From Raillietiella orientalis (Eukaryota), in NCBI GenBank assembly GCA_036172245.1, contig JAYWIR010000021.1, positions 992,001-1,056,000 of the forward strand: a stretch of DNA of 64,000 nucleotides, in the 5' to 3' direction. A model generated the notes under the pieces. That model worked only from the letters and a program-made list of their open reading frames with translations. It was not told the origin of the DNA and searched no databases. This document shows positions 26,885 through 38,420 of this stretch, one piece after another. Both the position numbers and the translations under genes were made by a program. Position 1 is the stretch's first letter, and every line of letters starts with the position of its first letter.

Positions 26885-27395
26885 TGGTACCCTCGGGGGG
26901 TCACCTCTCCAGAGTTTCGGAAGCGCGCTGCTCCCTTCGGGGAGCCGCCCTTCGGAGAAATTGGGAAGCGTCCCTTCGGGGTTCTCTTCAGGGGAGGAGG
27001 AAACAGATGGCAGTTTCCTTGCAGTCCCTTTCTGAAAGCAAACCAGGAGACCCCGGAGGGAGTCCCTCCGAAGAGAATCGGGGAGAGGTCCTTCGGGATT
27101 CCCTACCAAAAGTAAGAGAGGGGCGGACTCCTTCCTCCAGAGCACTCCTGGATTCATAGGGTGCTCCCTCCGGGGTTATCCACCCGGCTTGAAGACTTGC
27201 ACGGACCCTCGGGTGGCGTGGACAGTGTCAAAGAGCTGGTGTGACCCCCCCTCTTTGAGGAGGCGAACGGTTCTTCAGTAATTAGCAACCTCTCCCCTCC
27301 CCCTCCCCAAAAAAAGGAACTTAAAAATAATCTGGAAGAAAAGCAGCGAAAACAGAAGAACTCCAAAGGATTTTCACCATCCTTTGTAAATTCGT
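26885..27395 (+). repeat. Hairpin-rich repeat, copy 1 (candidate structured 5' leader of an R2-like element)
   Basis: Colinear homology with 37370-38355. GCTCCC-TTCG-GGGAGC at 26930-26945, CCC-TTCG-GGG at 26972-26981, GGTCC-TTCG-GGATT at 27087-27100. Identical 19-mer AAAGCAGCGAAAACAGAAG at 27340-27358 and 38309-38327. Confidence 0.8.
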
Positions 27396-27399
27396 ACTC

Positions 27400-29500
27400 A
27401 CCGTCTAGGTGTACTATCAATCAGAATACACCTCATCATCATATAAGAATGCTCCACTGTGTTGTGAGACCGAATTAAATACCTAAGGATGTCTTCAGCG
27501 CGTGGATGATTTTGGTGGCAGCTCGGTGCTTCGGATGCAGGGAACAAGAAGTAGGCATGGGTGAGCACGGGATGAGGTTTTTTGTGCCAACACGCAAGAG
27601 CTGAAAGGTGAGGCAGCATTAATTCATCGGTGGTCTACATCGGTGATGAGATGACGTCGCTTTTTCGCCGCGAGCTCCGCGCTCGAAGGAACCCGCTGGA
27701 GCTCCGCATGGAAGACCGCCCATCGCCCTCCCCCTCTTCTCCATCAGAGACAACACTTGAAAGCAAACAATCTTAAGAGGAATCAATCAAAGGTGGACTG
27801 ATGCACACTGTGCGAACACGTCAGGGAATTCTTCTCCCTCCTCCCTGAAAGACTGGGGACGGATGCGTTTTCGCCACCGCCTTCCATCTTTCTGTTCATG
27901 CTTCGTCGCCGTAGCAGATTTTCAGCACTGAGAAGCACACGCGCGCACGCATTCTTCAGAGCTGATCTCCAGGAGAGGGGATTACGGAAGAATTGATGAG
28001 GGGGGGACTGGAAGGTTCTTATTTTAAACCGAGGCGTGCTGAGGCAACACGTGTTGGCAGGTTAATTTACTCCCCCTGAAGATTTGTTCAAGAGCCACTG
28101 CTCCACAGTGGAACCCTACTGGCAGCCCATTGGATCTGGTTTCAGAGGATGTAGGGAGAGATTATCCTCCCTTTTGAGGAAGTAAGTCATTGTTTGTCCA
28201 GAGTCCTTCACGGGCTACCTACGGAGTCCCCGTGTAACTACGGGATTATTCCTCCTCCTCCTCCTCTTCCTCGACCTCACTTTCCCTGTGCGCACAACGC
28301 GTGCGCCGCTCGTCAGCCGCCGAAGCAGCGACTTCATGACCCGGAGCCGGGCGTTTTCCTTCCCGGCAACGTCAAGCGGCGCGCCACTCCCCCGCCTTCG
28401 TTCTGTTCACCAGCCGCCTTGGAGACTCTTGTCCGAGCACGAGGGGGGCTTCTCCGGCCACTCTACTGCTTCCCTCTCGTTGCTTGAGAGCCACAAGGAT
28501 TCCTTCGAGCTCTGCAGGTTGCGAATGACCAGCACGAACTCCTGACACGAGCCTGACGTGTCGGTGCGAGATGACCTTTCATTCCGACGCCATCTTTGGT
28601 CTTTTCATGCTTCTCAGTCTTTTCTCCGAGTCGCGAAGTATCAGCAGCCTCCTTCCTGAAATCTCACAGAGCTTCGTATTCCCTACCAGACCATTTTCAT
28701 CCCGATGGTTACGCCGAATATCTCGTTTCCGGGAAGCTGGCGAGGGGAGAAGTCGGGGCGAACAACGAAGTCTCCTCGGTTCTTGGAGGACTTGCGATCC
28801 AGCGCATAGGCGGTCTCCATACAGAGATGTTAACCTCCCTAGGCACCACGGGTCGGCAGCCGCTCACGTCAGGTGGATGGCCACGGCCATGGGGCTCGAT
28901 GAACTGCAATCGGAAGAATCATCTAGCCATGGCACGACTGATGATCTCATCAGATGCGAGCAAGACCACTTCCTTTTGGATGCTGGATGGCAAAACATGC
29001 ATTACAGATGGACTGCGTCCAGAACGCCATCCAAGCGGCCCATCTCAGACCTAGGTGGTCGAGCTGCGAGAAGACCGGTTCGCGACCAGCGCAGCTCCAA
29101 AAATCGAGCCAAAAAGGCACGCTGGGAGCAGCAGCGAGAACCCCTTGCGCCAGGCGGAAGGAGGTCAAGAGTTTGGGCCGCGGGGGTTTGGACCCGTCCG
29201 ACGGAGTTTTCAGCTTATCCGAGGACCACTCACTGCCCTTGCTCTTGAATCTCGGCTCAGTCCTTCGGAAGAACGACGAAGGAAACCTTCATAACGAAGA
29301 AGGTTGCCGCGCTCATCCTCACTTACCGATGCCTCGGCGTGGCTGGCGGCTATCAAGCGCGCGCTGGCCTGGCGGAATCGTTTTTAAGGTCGCGCATGCG
29401 CCGCACGGCACGAATTCCGATTACGGAGGGCTCGCCCGAGGACGGTAAGCGCATCCGCTCGATCGGGATATCCCGTGATTAAGCGCTACATATCAACACA
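27400..29500 (+). mobile_element. Decayed R2-like element with N-terminal C2H2 and Myb remnants
   Basis: CFGCREQEVGMGEHGMR (27527-27577; R2 CxxC...GLGxHxR), RWS..DEMTSLFRRE (Myb RWxxEExxLLARxE) near 27628-27675, thumb-like SLPDH..AEYLVSG..RGEVG near 28680-28760. Confidence 0.62.
28864..29078 (+). repeat. 215-bp direct repeat, copy 1
   Basis: No mismatch found by eye against 32297-32511. Confidence 0.95.
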
Positions 29501-30699
29501 CAGGGGCGATTCCTGGAAGGGATTTGAGGCGGGAAAGAGTTTCTGCAATTCTCTGGGGATTCCGCATTTCTCAAGCCAGAGCGAAACGCCAGGGGAGCAT
29601 CTCCCGGCGCTCCGCAAGTAAGCCGCCACTACATGCATTTCACCACAAAGGAAGATTTGATCCGCAGCTGGACCCCCCTGCTCATGACGAGGCTTTGGGT
29701 TGTTTGGCGCTATATTTTTCACCGCTGTCTCTTTTCTCTGCTCCACTGGATGATACCCGAGTTCTGCACTGGATCTCCGCGGATGGAGAAAGGGAGAGAA
29801 AGCAAAGAGATTCGAGCCGGGAATGAAGAGACGCGGTGGAGATGCAGTAAATGGGTCACCCTCGAAAAGGAAGAAAATTCCCTGAAAGTAGTAGTCGCAG
29901 GACTGTGAACGAGGCTAGACTGCATATAGGGACATGACCACGTAAAGGTACTCAGTTTCTTGTCAAGCCTGTGGGGATGTGTGACGGGTCGGGTCGCACC
30001 TGCATCCATCTTGTCTTGGAGCCTTTCATTCTTTGCAACGAAGAATTCGAAGCTTTAAGAGGGGGAAGAAGAAAAAAAAAAAAAAATCAGTGTGTCGACT
30101 CATCAATAGCTCAGTTTGATGTCAGATTGCGATGACTCACTCCTGAGCTGCGGTCGTCGGAAAAGGAATTGGTCCATTTTCTTGCTGTTAACTGAAAGAT
30201 TAATCGACAGTGGCCAACGTTCCTCATCTTTCTCTCCTCGTTACTGACGATACCTCCCTTTGAGGAAAATTCTAGAAACTCATGCCTCTCGGAGGCATCT
30301 CAACTTTCGGACATTGAAATTATCGGAGCATATCGAGCAGGAAGTGGATCTTTCGACATCTCCCTTCGTTGCTCTTGGTGCTCTTAGGATCCGCCTGCTT
30401 TCACTCGTTTTCCTTACTCAGTGAACATCTCTTCTTCTTTAAGTGTTTTGAGGTATTCGTCTTCAATCCGACCAGCAGTTCCTCAATTTGCAGCAGTGAG
30501 TGACGGCGAAGGAAGAAATGATACAGGGTCCTTGAGTTTCGTGTGAGGGATCACCGACCACCTTTGCCTCTCGGTTGCAAACGAAGAACGAAGAGCAGCG
30601 TCGCCGAAGCTCCGCCATTTTACACGTGCGGGTCCTTTGGCGCGGAGCAACGCACTCGGACAGCTCACCCTCGTCGGAAGAGCTCCGGCAACTGAGGCA

Positions 30700-30884
30700 T
30701 CTTTATGTAGTGCTACGCCTCTTCTCAGGAATCGCAGAAAGAGAGCCGTCTTCTCTGCAGCAGGATCCCACGAATCGATACGAAAGCAATAGGTGGATGT
30801 TCGGGGAACGATGGGTCGAAAAAGGAGGGACACATACCAAAAGAGGGACTGCTAGCGGATTTTGTATCCTGTATTCTTCAGATA

Positions 30885-30915
<31 letters not shown>

Positions 30916-32000
30916 TTTCGTTGGAAAACAAACAAACGGAAGTCTGAATTGCAGAACTGCCCATGCCTTGCGTTCCAACGAACTGTTCACCGGAAGAAAG
31001 CGACGCAAAATAGAGTTGCTGCGATTTCGTGAATCAAGACCACTAAAACAAGGTCTGGTAAAAACTCCGCGAAGAGGTGAGAGCAAAGCCTGGATCAAGC
31101 CCCTGTTCCTGGTGCGCATGTTGCTACGACGAAAGTTCCTCGAAGGAGCGAGCAAGCTGAAAGATGAAACAGGAGATGAATAAAGGAAAAGAGTAAGAAG
31201 AAAGGAAGAAAGAAAAAACTCATCAAACAGCGACGTGTGGATGAAAGAATCCGCACGTAGAGATCGATTCCACCATGGTTTTTTGGCAAGCATCCTCGGT
31301 CCAGCTCTGTTTGAATCGCAGATCGGGGTGGAATCCGCACGTGGGAAAGTAACGGGACATGCTTGATCGAATCCAGCAATCCCGGAGCCAATCAAAAGAC
31401 AAACAAAAATAGCGATGGATTCAATTAAGACATGCGCATCTTTTTTTGCTGCTAGAGGAGAGCTTGATTTCCCAAATTTGCTTCTAATTGAAAGCAAGGA
31501 AGGACGTTGTCTGAAAGGCAATGACATGGCCATCTTCTATCAAAAAAGCGACAGTGAGCCCGTGGAACAAAAAGACACGCACAGATGCGTACCAAGGGAT
31601 GTAAATACTTTCACTGCATTCAGGAGGCAACAAAGCAGACTGCAAGAAACCTGCAATCTTTTCATGCTGACTACGACATCGACATCCGCTGCGCCCTCCT
31701 TCGGCCGCCTGGAGAAACCCAATCTGCCTCCACTTTCAGTGGAAACCCTCCAGTGAGCAGAACCACGGCGATGACACCCCGGAAAAGGGCCGTGGCTCAG
31801 AAACTCTCCCATCCCTTGCGAATGCAAGGATGCGGGAGCAGAGCGGTCCCTTCGTTGTGAGACCAGCATGGCAAACTCAGATCCATCCGTGCACCACGGA
31901 TGAACACGCTGGTTTCCAGCCAAAGACAAAAGAAGTTCAAGGAGAGGAGGTCGCAGTGTTGGGACAGCTAAACTGTAAGTGGAATGGAGGGGACAATAAA
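30700..32000 (+). mobile_element. Decayed RT region of an RLE element
   Basis: ESKAW (DxSKAF), ILGPAL..IGVESARGKVTGHA* (FADD position; the KVTG string recurs at about 43393), MDSIKTCASFFAARG (post-FADD helix). Confidence 0.45.
30882..30915. repeat. (TA)n microsatellite
   Basis: Seen directly; one interrupting G. Confidence 0.9.
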
Positions 32001-32129
32001 AGAATAGCAAAATGGGAAAGGTAGGGTTACCGGTGTCGGCCGTTCTTTCTTTTTGGATCCGGCGCTGGATGCTGGCGATCTACACCTCCTCTAGGTGAGG
32101 CACATGACTTCCTCCTCTAGGTGAGGTCA

Positions 32130-33080
32130 CCTGAAAGCCTCATGTAGGTGCGGTTGCCATATGGGTGACGTCCCTTCGCTGCGTCTCCGTCTGCAAGACG
32201 TGATGGGCCGTGACGATGGAGCGCGGACGCAACACGTCATCGCGATCCATCGCACCAGCCGAGAGTCCTCCTTGCGCGAAGAATCTCCCCAGCAGGTCAC
32301 GTCAGGTGGATGGCCACGGCCATGGGGCTCGATGAACTGCAATCGGAAGAATCATCTAGCCATGGCACGACTGATGATCTCATCAGATGCGAGCAAGACC
32401 ACTTCCTTTTGGATGCTGGATGGCAAAACATGCATTACAGATGGACTGCGTCCAGAACGCCATCCAAGCGGCCCATCTCAGACCTAGGTGGTCGAGCTGC
32501 GAGAAGACCGGCATGTGGTGGTGGTGCCCTTATGTCACTGGAGCACCGAGGTCAACCTTCGCCGAAGTTCGCCGAGGTCGCCGCGGTCCAATAGCAGTTG
32601 CAGGATCGATTCCATCGACCCGAACCTGGAACAGCAGTTCGGAACTGCAGCGCCTCCGGTAACGGAGGTCTGGATGCTGGAGTCTCCAGTGCAAAAACGC
32701 CAGCACAGTCCGTTTCCAGCTTAAGGGCAACACGGACGTGTTCGAGCACGAGGGAGGGACCGCGAGTTCGTAGGGAGGGACGCTCAACAGTTAGGACCGT
32801 CGTCGTAGTCCCTTTGCCACTGGCCGGGGAGTGGCGGTGTCCACCGGCTCGCTCTTTATATCCAAGCGCTCTGGGATTTGGTCGCTCTTGCAATGTCGCA
32901 GGAGAACTCCCACTCCGATGGTGGGCAGCTGTCGCGTTTGCCCTCAGGGGCATGCAGAGCTGCTGAAGGGGGTGAGGAGGAGGACAGGGTCCTCAACTTC
33001 GGGTCCTGCAGCACCTCTACCAAAGGATGACTGAAGAAGGGTCGCAGGGGAGAAGTCCTATTGGGTGCGTTCCTTGGAAC
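32130..33080 (+). mobile_element. Decayed 3' portion (thumb, linker, CCHC, RLE) of an RLE element
   Basis: MGDVPSLR (GGLGxPxL position), linker SKTTSFWMLDG, ACGGGALMSLEH..Q.SPKF (knuckle), VAFALRG (RLE tail). Confidence 0.5.
32297..32511 (+). repeat. 215-bp direct repeat, copy 2
   Basis: No mismatch found by eye against 28864-29078. Confidence 0.95.
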
Positions 33081-33199
33081 GCAGCTCAGGAAGCAACCAC
33101 CTCCTGCCACCAAGTAGCAGAGTTTACGAGACGGGAGGAGATCCACGGATAGGCTTCCCGGAGGGAGGCGGGATGCTTCGGAGAAGGAGGAGGGGGAAA

Positions 33200-34500
33200 G
33201 CCAAATCTCCGCATCCTGCAACGGGGACAGACCTTCACTGCCGGAGCATCGCGCGGAAGGCACACCACGGGGCAGTCTGCAGCTCGGCACAAGGCACCAG
33301 CAGTTGGAACTGCACCTGCAGCCCTACTCTCTCCAGAGTCAGACCAGTCTCCCGAGGTGGAGCCATCGAGTCTTTGAGGCGGATCCCAGGAGGCAACGAG
33401 GTTGACCCGCGTGGGAGCACCAGGTCCAGGAGACCTTGGATACCATCAGGGGAGGAACCTCCCTGCGGCGGTGACGAGAGATGCTCCCCTTCCTGTCTCG
33501 AGGTTGAGCAGGGTGGCATCCCACACATTCCCCCCCCCCCGCCCCAAGGTCCCTCGCCGCTTCCAACGCAGCTCGAGACATCCGTCTGCGGGAAGTTTCC
33601 TTTTCCGGATCGAGCATTCCTTCCTCCGTCCCTGTCGGCGGGGCAGTGCGGGATCTGCTCCAAGTTCCTGCGAGCGAAGCCCCGGTCGCCCGTCAGAGCC
33701 CGTGTGTCATCCCACACTTATCTGCAGCCGGCTCGCGTCCCTCCTCAACCTCCGGAACGCTTCCGGTTCTGCTGGGAGGTCGCGCTGCGTTCCCAGGCAG
33801 GTGCAACACAGCATGCCTCAGGGAGCGCTCTGATAGCCAGGAGGGGGATCCTCCGCGCGAACAGATGCGATCCCTCCGAAGATGCTCCCTTCGTGAAGGA
33901 GCACTCTGCCCTCGGGATCGGCTCTCTGGCAGACCTTCGGTCTTCCGTTCCTGGCGCTTGACAATGCAGAGGCGAGCTGCAGCTCCCGTCGGTTTCCAAG
34001 GCGAGAGGCCTTCCGAGTCCTCCCTGAAGTGGCCCTCCACCGCTCCTTTCCTGGACGTTTCCCCTCCCTTGAAGCTGCGGCTCGGATCCCGGACTTCTGG
34101 ATGGAGTTCCCGCGCTCCCGGAGGAAAAAACCGGAGCCCTGCGGCTGCTGGGAAACCGGGGTGGAGGCGGAAAGAAGAGGGAGAGGAGGCGGATGCTCGC
34201 GGCCGACTCTTCGCGCTGGTCTCCAGGCGGAGGCCTCGCCGTTGCCGGGGCATCTCGCGCCCCCGGGCAGAGTTGCGTGAGCGCAGCCCTCCTGCTCCGA
34301 GTGCGTCAGCACCCCAGAGACTCCAGGTCGGCTGGACTATACTTGGAGGCTGCTTCCCTTGGGACCACCTCCAACGCCAGATCTCGAGAACCTTGCTGGG
34401 ACTTTCGCTACTACTCCAGGGACCTGGGTCAACGGCAGTTCCAGGCGGACCCTCTCGCGGCGCCTGGCATTCCCTCCCCGCCGTTCCGCCCACTCTCCCG
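33200..34500 (+). mobile_element. N-terminal zinc-finger region of a decayed RLE element
   Basis: In ORF 33065..33961: H..H..WNCTC, QCGICSK...VSSH and FRFCWEVALRSQAGATQH (C2H2-like remnants). RGRLFALVSRR occupies the R2 QxLF position. Confidence 0.5.
34300..34452 (+). repeat. ~153-bp direct repeat, copy 1 (copy 2 at 36326-36479)
   Basis: About 5 substitutions and one indel between the copies, counted by eye. Confidence 0.92.
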
Positions 34501-35749
34501 TCCCTCTTTTCCAGAGGGACGGGGAAAGAGCGGGGTTTCCGGATCCTTCGCGCGCGCCACGCAACTCCATCCGAGCGAAACGGGGAGGACAGTTGGCTAC
34601 CGGGGCAATCCCTCACAGCTTGATGCCGGCGCGGCGGATGCGATGATCGCGGGAGGCTGGGAGCAGGAAGACGATGACGGCGCGGAAGCGGCTCTCGCGG
34701 AAATCCATTTGCCGGATTCCGGGAGGCTGCGCCGGCACGCAGCGCCTTATTGTCAGGAGACCTGGCCGTAAATGGGGAGCATCCCGGCATGGGGAACCAC
34801 GCGTGGAGGGAAAGAGATGCGAGAGGGAAGGGGCGAGGGAGGGGGAAGATTGCCGGAGCGAGCCCGGAAGAGGGAAGGACCGTGGAGAAAATCGAAGGGA
34901 AGGATGAAATGGAAGGGAGCTGCACATCACCTCGCCAGTGGGGAGTGGGGACGGGACAGAGGGAGCAATCGATGCAGGGCCTCCTCTCTCCCTCTCCCTC
35001 TTCTTTCCCTTGGTCGCTCCCCGAGGAAGGCGTGACTTTCTTTCCCTGCTCCCGACTGCGAAGTTTCCCTCGGGTGGTCGCTCCAGGGATCGAGGACGCT
35101 GACGCGCAGCAGCATGTTATGCACGCGCGCGCAAGGACACGGATGGACCCCGTGGTCCCAGACGTATCCGCATCGCTTGGAGGCCCGCAAGGAGCGAGCA
35201 GAGCCCAGGGACACACAGGATCTAGGAAGCAACCGAGGACTCGCGCGTTAATCCCGGAAAGTTTGCTGGGGGTGAGACTGGGGGGAGCGAAAGGGAGGAG
35301 GTGGGATCTGGTGCCAGGCACGTCGGGGGCGCGCGCCTCCTCGCATGGTTGTCAAAGGACCACTGGAGCAGCGGCGAACGGCGCTCCGGTGACGTCATCG
35401 GGCCGGCGCTTGCGGATGAGCGTGAAGCAACCGGGAAGGCTTGCTCGGTGGTCCTGCCCGGGAGCTCAGAGCGGCGTGCGTCGGTCGAAATCTCGAGAAG
35501 CACCCAGAAGAAACCCTCCTGCGCCCGCCGGAGGAACGAAGTCCCGAAAGGTCCTTCGTCTGGATTCTCTTTGTGGAGGATCCAGCGGAGCGTTTCCTTT
35601 GCCCACGCGCATGCGCGCTGTTTTTCCTTTTTCCTTTTTTTTGTCTCCCTTCCCATCTTTGTGTTATCGATCTTAGCGGAACGGGAGTTCTTTTTTCTGG
35701 AAGCATCCTGTCTTCCAAGGATTTGCTCCTGGAGTCTCGGGGGCGCTCG

Positions 35750-37260
35750 CCTCCTCGCTTCCCATCTGCGTCCGCTTCCCTCCCTCTAGACAAAGTTCTG
35801 CTCCAGAGCGCTGCCAGGCCCTCCTCCTGCACCACCTGGAGACGAAGCCGACGGGCCCCAGGTCATGACCCTCCGGGTGACCTTCGTCCCGGGAGGGAAC
35901 CCTCGACGGAGGGCGAAACTCCTCTGTCGCGCCGGGAGGTTCCCGCGCGGAGGAGGGCGTTGAGCAGCTCAGCGCCCTCCCTCGCGCTGTGCCGTGCGAG
36001 CCTCACCGCCGGCGTCTTAAGCAGGAGGCATTTCCGGCAAAGGAAGGATCTGGGGAGGAGGAAGATCCACGAAGGAGACCATGAAAAAGGATGAGCGCAG
36101 CTGGCCGCCTGCACCACTTCCCAGTTGGTTCCTGGCAGCTCACCACTCAACGGTTGGCGCCAGCAGCCGGAAAACGCTCCTGCAGCCAGCCACACGAGAG
36201 ATGACGGGCACGGAGAAAGTGGCTTCCAGTCTCTTTGCCCGGACCCCACAAGGGTCATTCAGCTGGCATCTCCCTCCGCTCTCCCGAAACACGGTTGCCT
36301 AGGAGTCGGATCTCCTGGGAGATCAAGTGCGTCAGCACCCCCAAAGACTCCAGGTCGGCTGGACTATACTTGGAGGCTGCTTCCCTTGGGACCACCTCCA
36401 ACGCCAGATCTCCAGGACCTTGCTGGGACTTCCGCTACTACTCCAGGGACCTGGGTCAACGGCGGTTCCAGGCGGACCCAAGCCCTTCTTCGCATACCGT
36501 CTGGACCCTCCCACTGACCGTGACCCGACAACCTGCAACGATGAAGCGGCGGAAGGTAGGAAAGGCTCTGCTCGGGATTCCGGGCTCAGACTCCAGAACG
36601 TCTTCCGGGATCGCTCTCGCACGTGGGTTCCCCTTGCACGCCCCCTGGAGATCTCCGCCTTCCATGGTTCCCCCATCCTGCTGCCCATAGCAACCGGCAG
36701 AGTTCTAGCGAGAGCGTCAGATTGCAGCCCAACGCGCGGTTCATCCTGCAGTGACCGTGACTCTCTTGCCCGCATGGGCCCGCTGAAGGAGCTTGCCCAT
36801 CCGACAGCCTGTGCGCTTCAGAGCACAGGAAAGGGCGGACTCCTCACCCCTTCAAAGCTTTAGAGTAGATCGAGGTCATTTCGGCCCCAAGGGTCTGGTC
36901 GTTCGCCCGGTTCCAGATGGGGCTCCCCACTTTTCCTTCCTCTTCGAGCAGAACCAGCAGCCCGAAAGGAAGCTTCGGAGGAGACCGTCTACCGGGTGTC
37001 GTCCTGCTCCTCCTGCTCTCGCGACCCATCTGCACGTTAGGGTCGCGACGGACCTCCACAAGGGTTCCTTCTGGCTTCGTTCTGGACAGGCAGGGTTCAT
37101 CATCTTCAGACGCTCTCATTTCCGGTGTTTTAGCCTGCGGCCGGGCGCTGCGGGTTCGAATCTCCGCGTGGTGGTTAGACGCCGAGAACGGGAGGCGCGT
37201 CGTGGTTTTCCAGCCCCTCCCCCAGCAGGGTGATGCTGACTGGCCTACATGCTTCGGGGT
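35750..37260 (+). mobile_element. Decayed RT region of an RLE element
   Basis: SPILLPIATG...SDCSPT (ILLxKxG..NWRPI), DGAPH (FGSVPH), DRQGSSSS (RQGCPLS), PQQGDAD (YADD position). Confidence 0.5.
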
Positions 37261-37369
37261 GCGGCACCGGTGGAAACCGGATGCTTCCAGAGATCAAGGG
37301 GCGCCGGTTCCCTTTGGGGTTGCACCCTCTGGTTGTGAAATGGTGTCCTCCATTGCGTACTATGGAAGT

Positions 37370-38355
37370 GGTCGAGGTCCCCTTTGGATAGGGGTGCCCT
37401 CTCTGAAGCGTGCTGCTCCCTTCGAGGAGCGTCCTTCAGAGAAATTGGAAAGCGTCCCTTCGGGTTCTCTTCAGAGGAGGAAACAGGGAGCGACCCCCTC
37501 CGGAGGGTCCCTCAGGAAAGACAATCAGGGGCTAGCGGCTCAGCATTCTGTGCGAAGACCTAGAGTGTCCCCGGTACTCAAGAACAGCAGTGCCAGCCGC
37601 AGTCCCAGCAGCTCCTTGCTGCATCCGCGGGAGCGCGGTGGTCTGGAGAAAAGCCGATAGAGTAAGAAACGGGAGGGACGCCATCGAGTGTTCACTTACG
37701 CTTTCTGAGGATGGCAGCAGCCAGATGGCCCCACCTGAGACCTATTCGGACAGACCTAGCTGAAACGATCCTGGAGAGGATGCAGATTCTCTTCAGTGTC
37801 CACTGCAATGGACAGCGATCCCTTCCCGACCCTCCCAAAGATTTTTATTTATTTATTTTCTATTCTTTTTTTGTTTTTCTCCCCTCTCCCTCCGCTGCCG
37901 AGATGACCCCTGCCGGCCTGAGTGCCGACGACCCGGCCGATCCACGGACAAACGGTGTGTGGTCGGACCACCACGTGTCCTACCACAATTTGCGAGTTTC
38001 TTTTCAATTTTAATGAACGCCTCGGCGTGTCCGGGTGGCAATCGGAGACAACCAGGGTAGGGGTTCCCTTCGGAGTTTCCCTCCCAATTGCGAGAGGAAA
38101 GGACTCCCTTCCTCCAAAGCCTTCCTGGATTCGAAAGGTAATTCCTAAGGGGTTGCCCCCAATAACCTGAAGAAGCACACGCACTCTCGGGCGGAGTGGA
38201 TGGCATCAAAGAGCTTCGTGAGCGTCCCCTAAGGAGGTGAACGGTTATTCAGGACTCCTTGGGAAGCAAAAAAAGAAAAAGAAAACCCGAAAGAAAAAAT
38301 CTGAGAGGAAAGCAGCGAAAACAGAAGGATCCAAAGGGATTCCCATCTTCCATCG
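37370..38355 (+). repeat. Hairpin-rich repeat, copy 2, interrupted by a 515-bp insertion
   Basis: Colinear with 26885-27395 once 37531-38045 is removed. Helix CTCTGAAG (37401-37408)/CTTCAGAG (37434-37441) encloses a TTCG hairpin. Confidence 0.8.
37531..38045 (+). mobile_element. 5'-truncated hairpin-terminated element with a ~12-bp TSD
   Basis: Absent from repeat copy 1. Flanked by AGACAATCAGGG (37519-37530) and AGACAACCAGGG (38046-38057). 3' UTR homologous to 18030-18130; ends AATGAAC-GCCTCGGCGTGTCCGGGTG (38012-38037). Confidence 0.78.
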
Positions 38356-38420
38356 TCAAAACGATCTCCGTCTTTTACTCAGATTCGCGATAAGAACCGG
38401 AAAGAACATTCCCACAGTGC

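Noticed and set aside
33693..35321. 542-aa minus-strand ORF, and similar long ORFs at 57039..58523, 58993..60264, 56624..57631, 54613..55596 and 60744..61733
   Set aside because: Arg/Pro/Gly/Ser-rich translations overlapping in several frames in very GC-rich DNA, with no intact domain; expected from stop-codon scarcity.
37150..37167. tRNA T-arm/B-box-like GCGGGTTCGAATCTCCGC
   Set aside because: No acceptor, D or anticodon arms; lies inside an RT relic.
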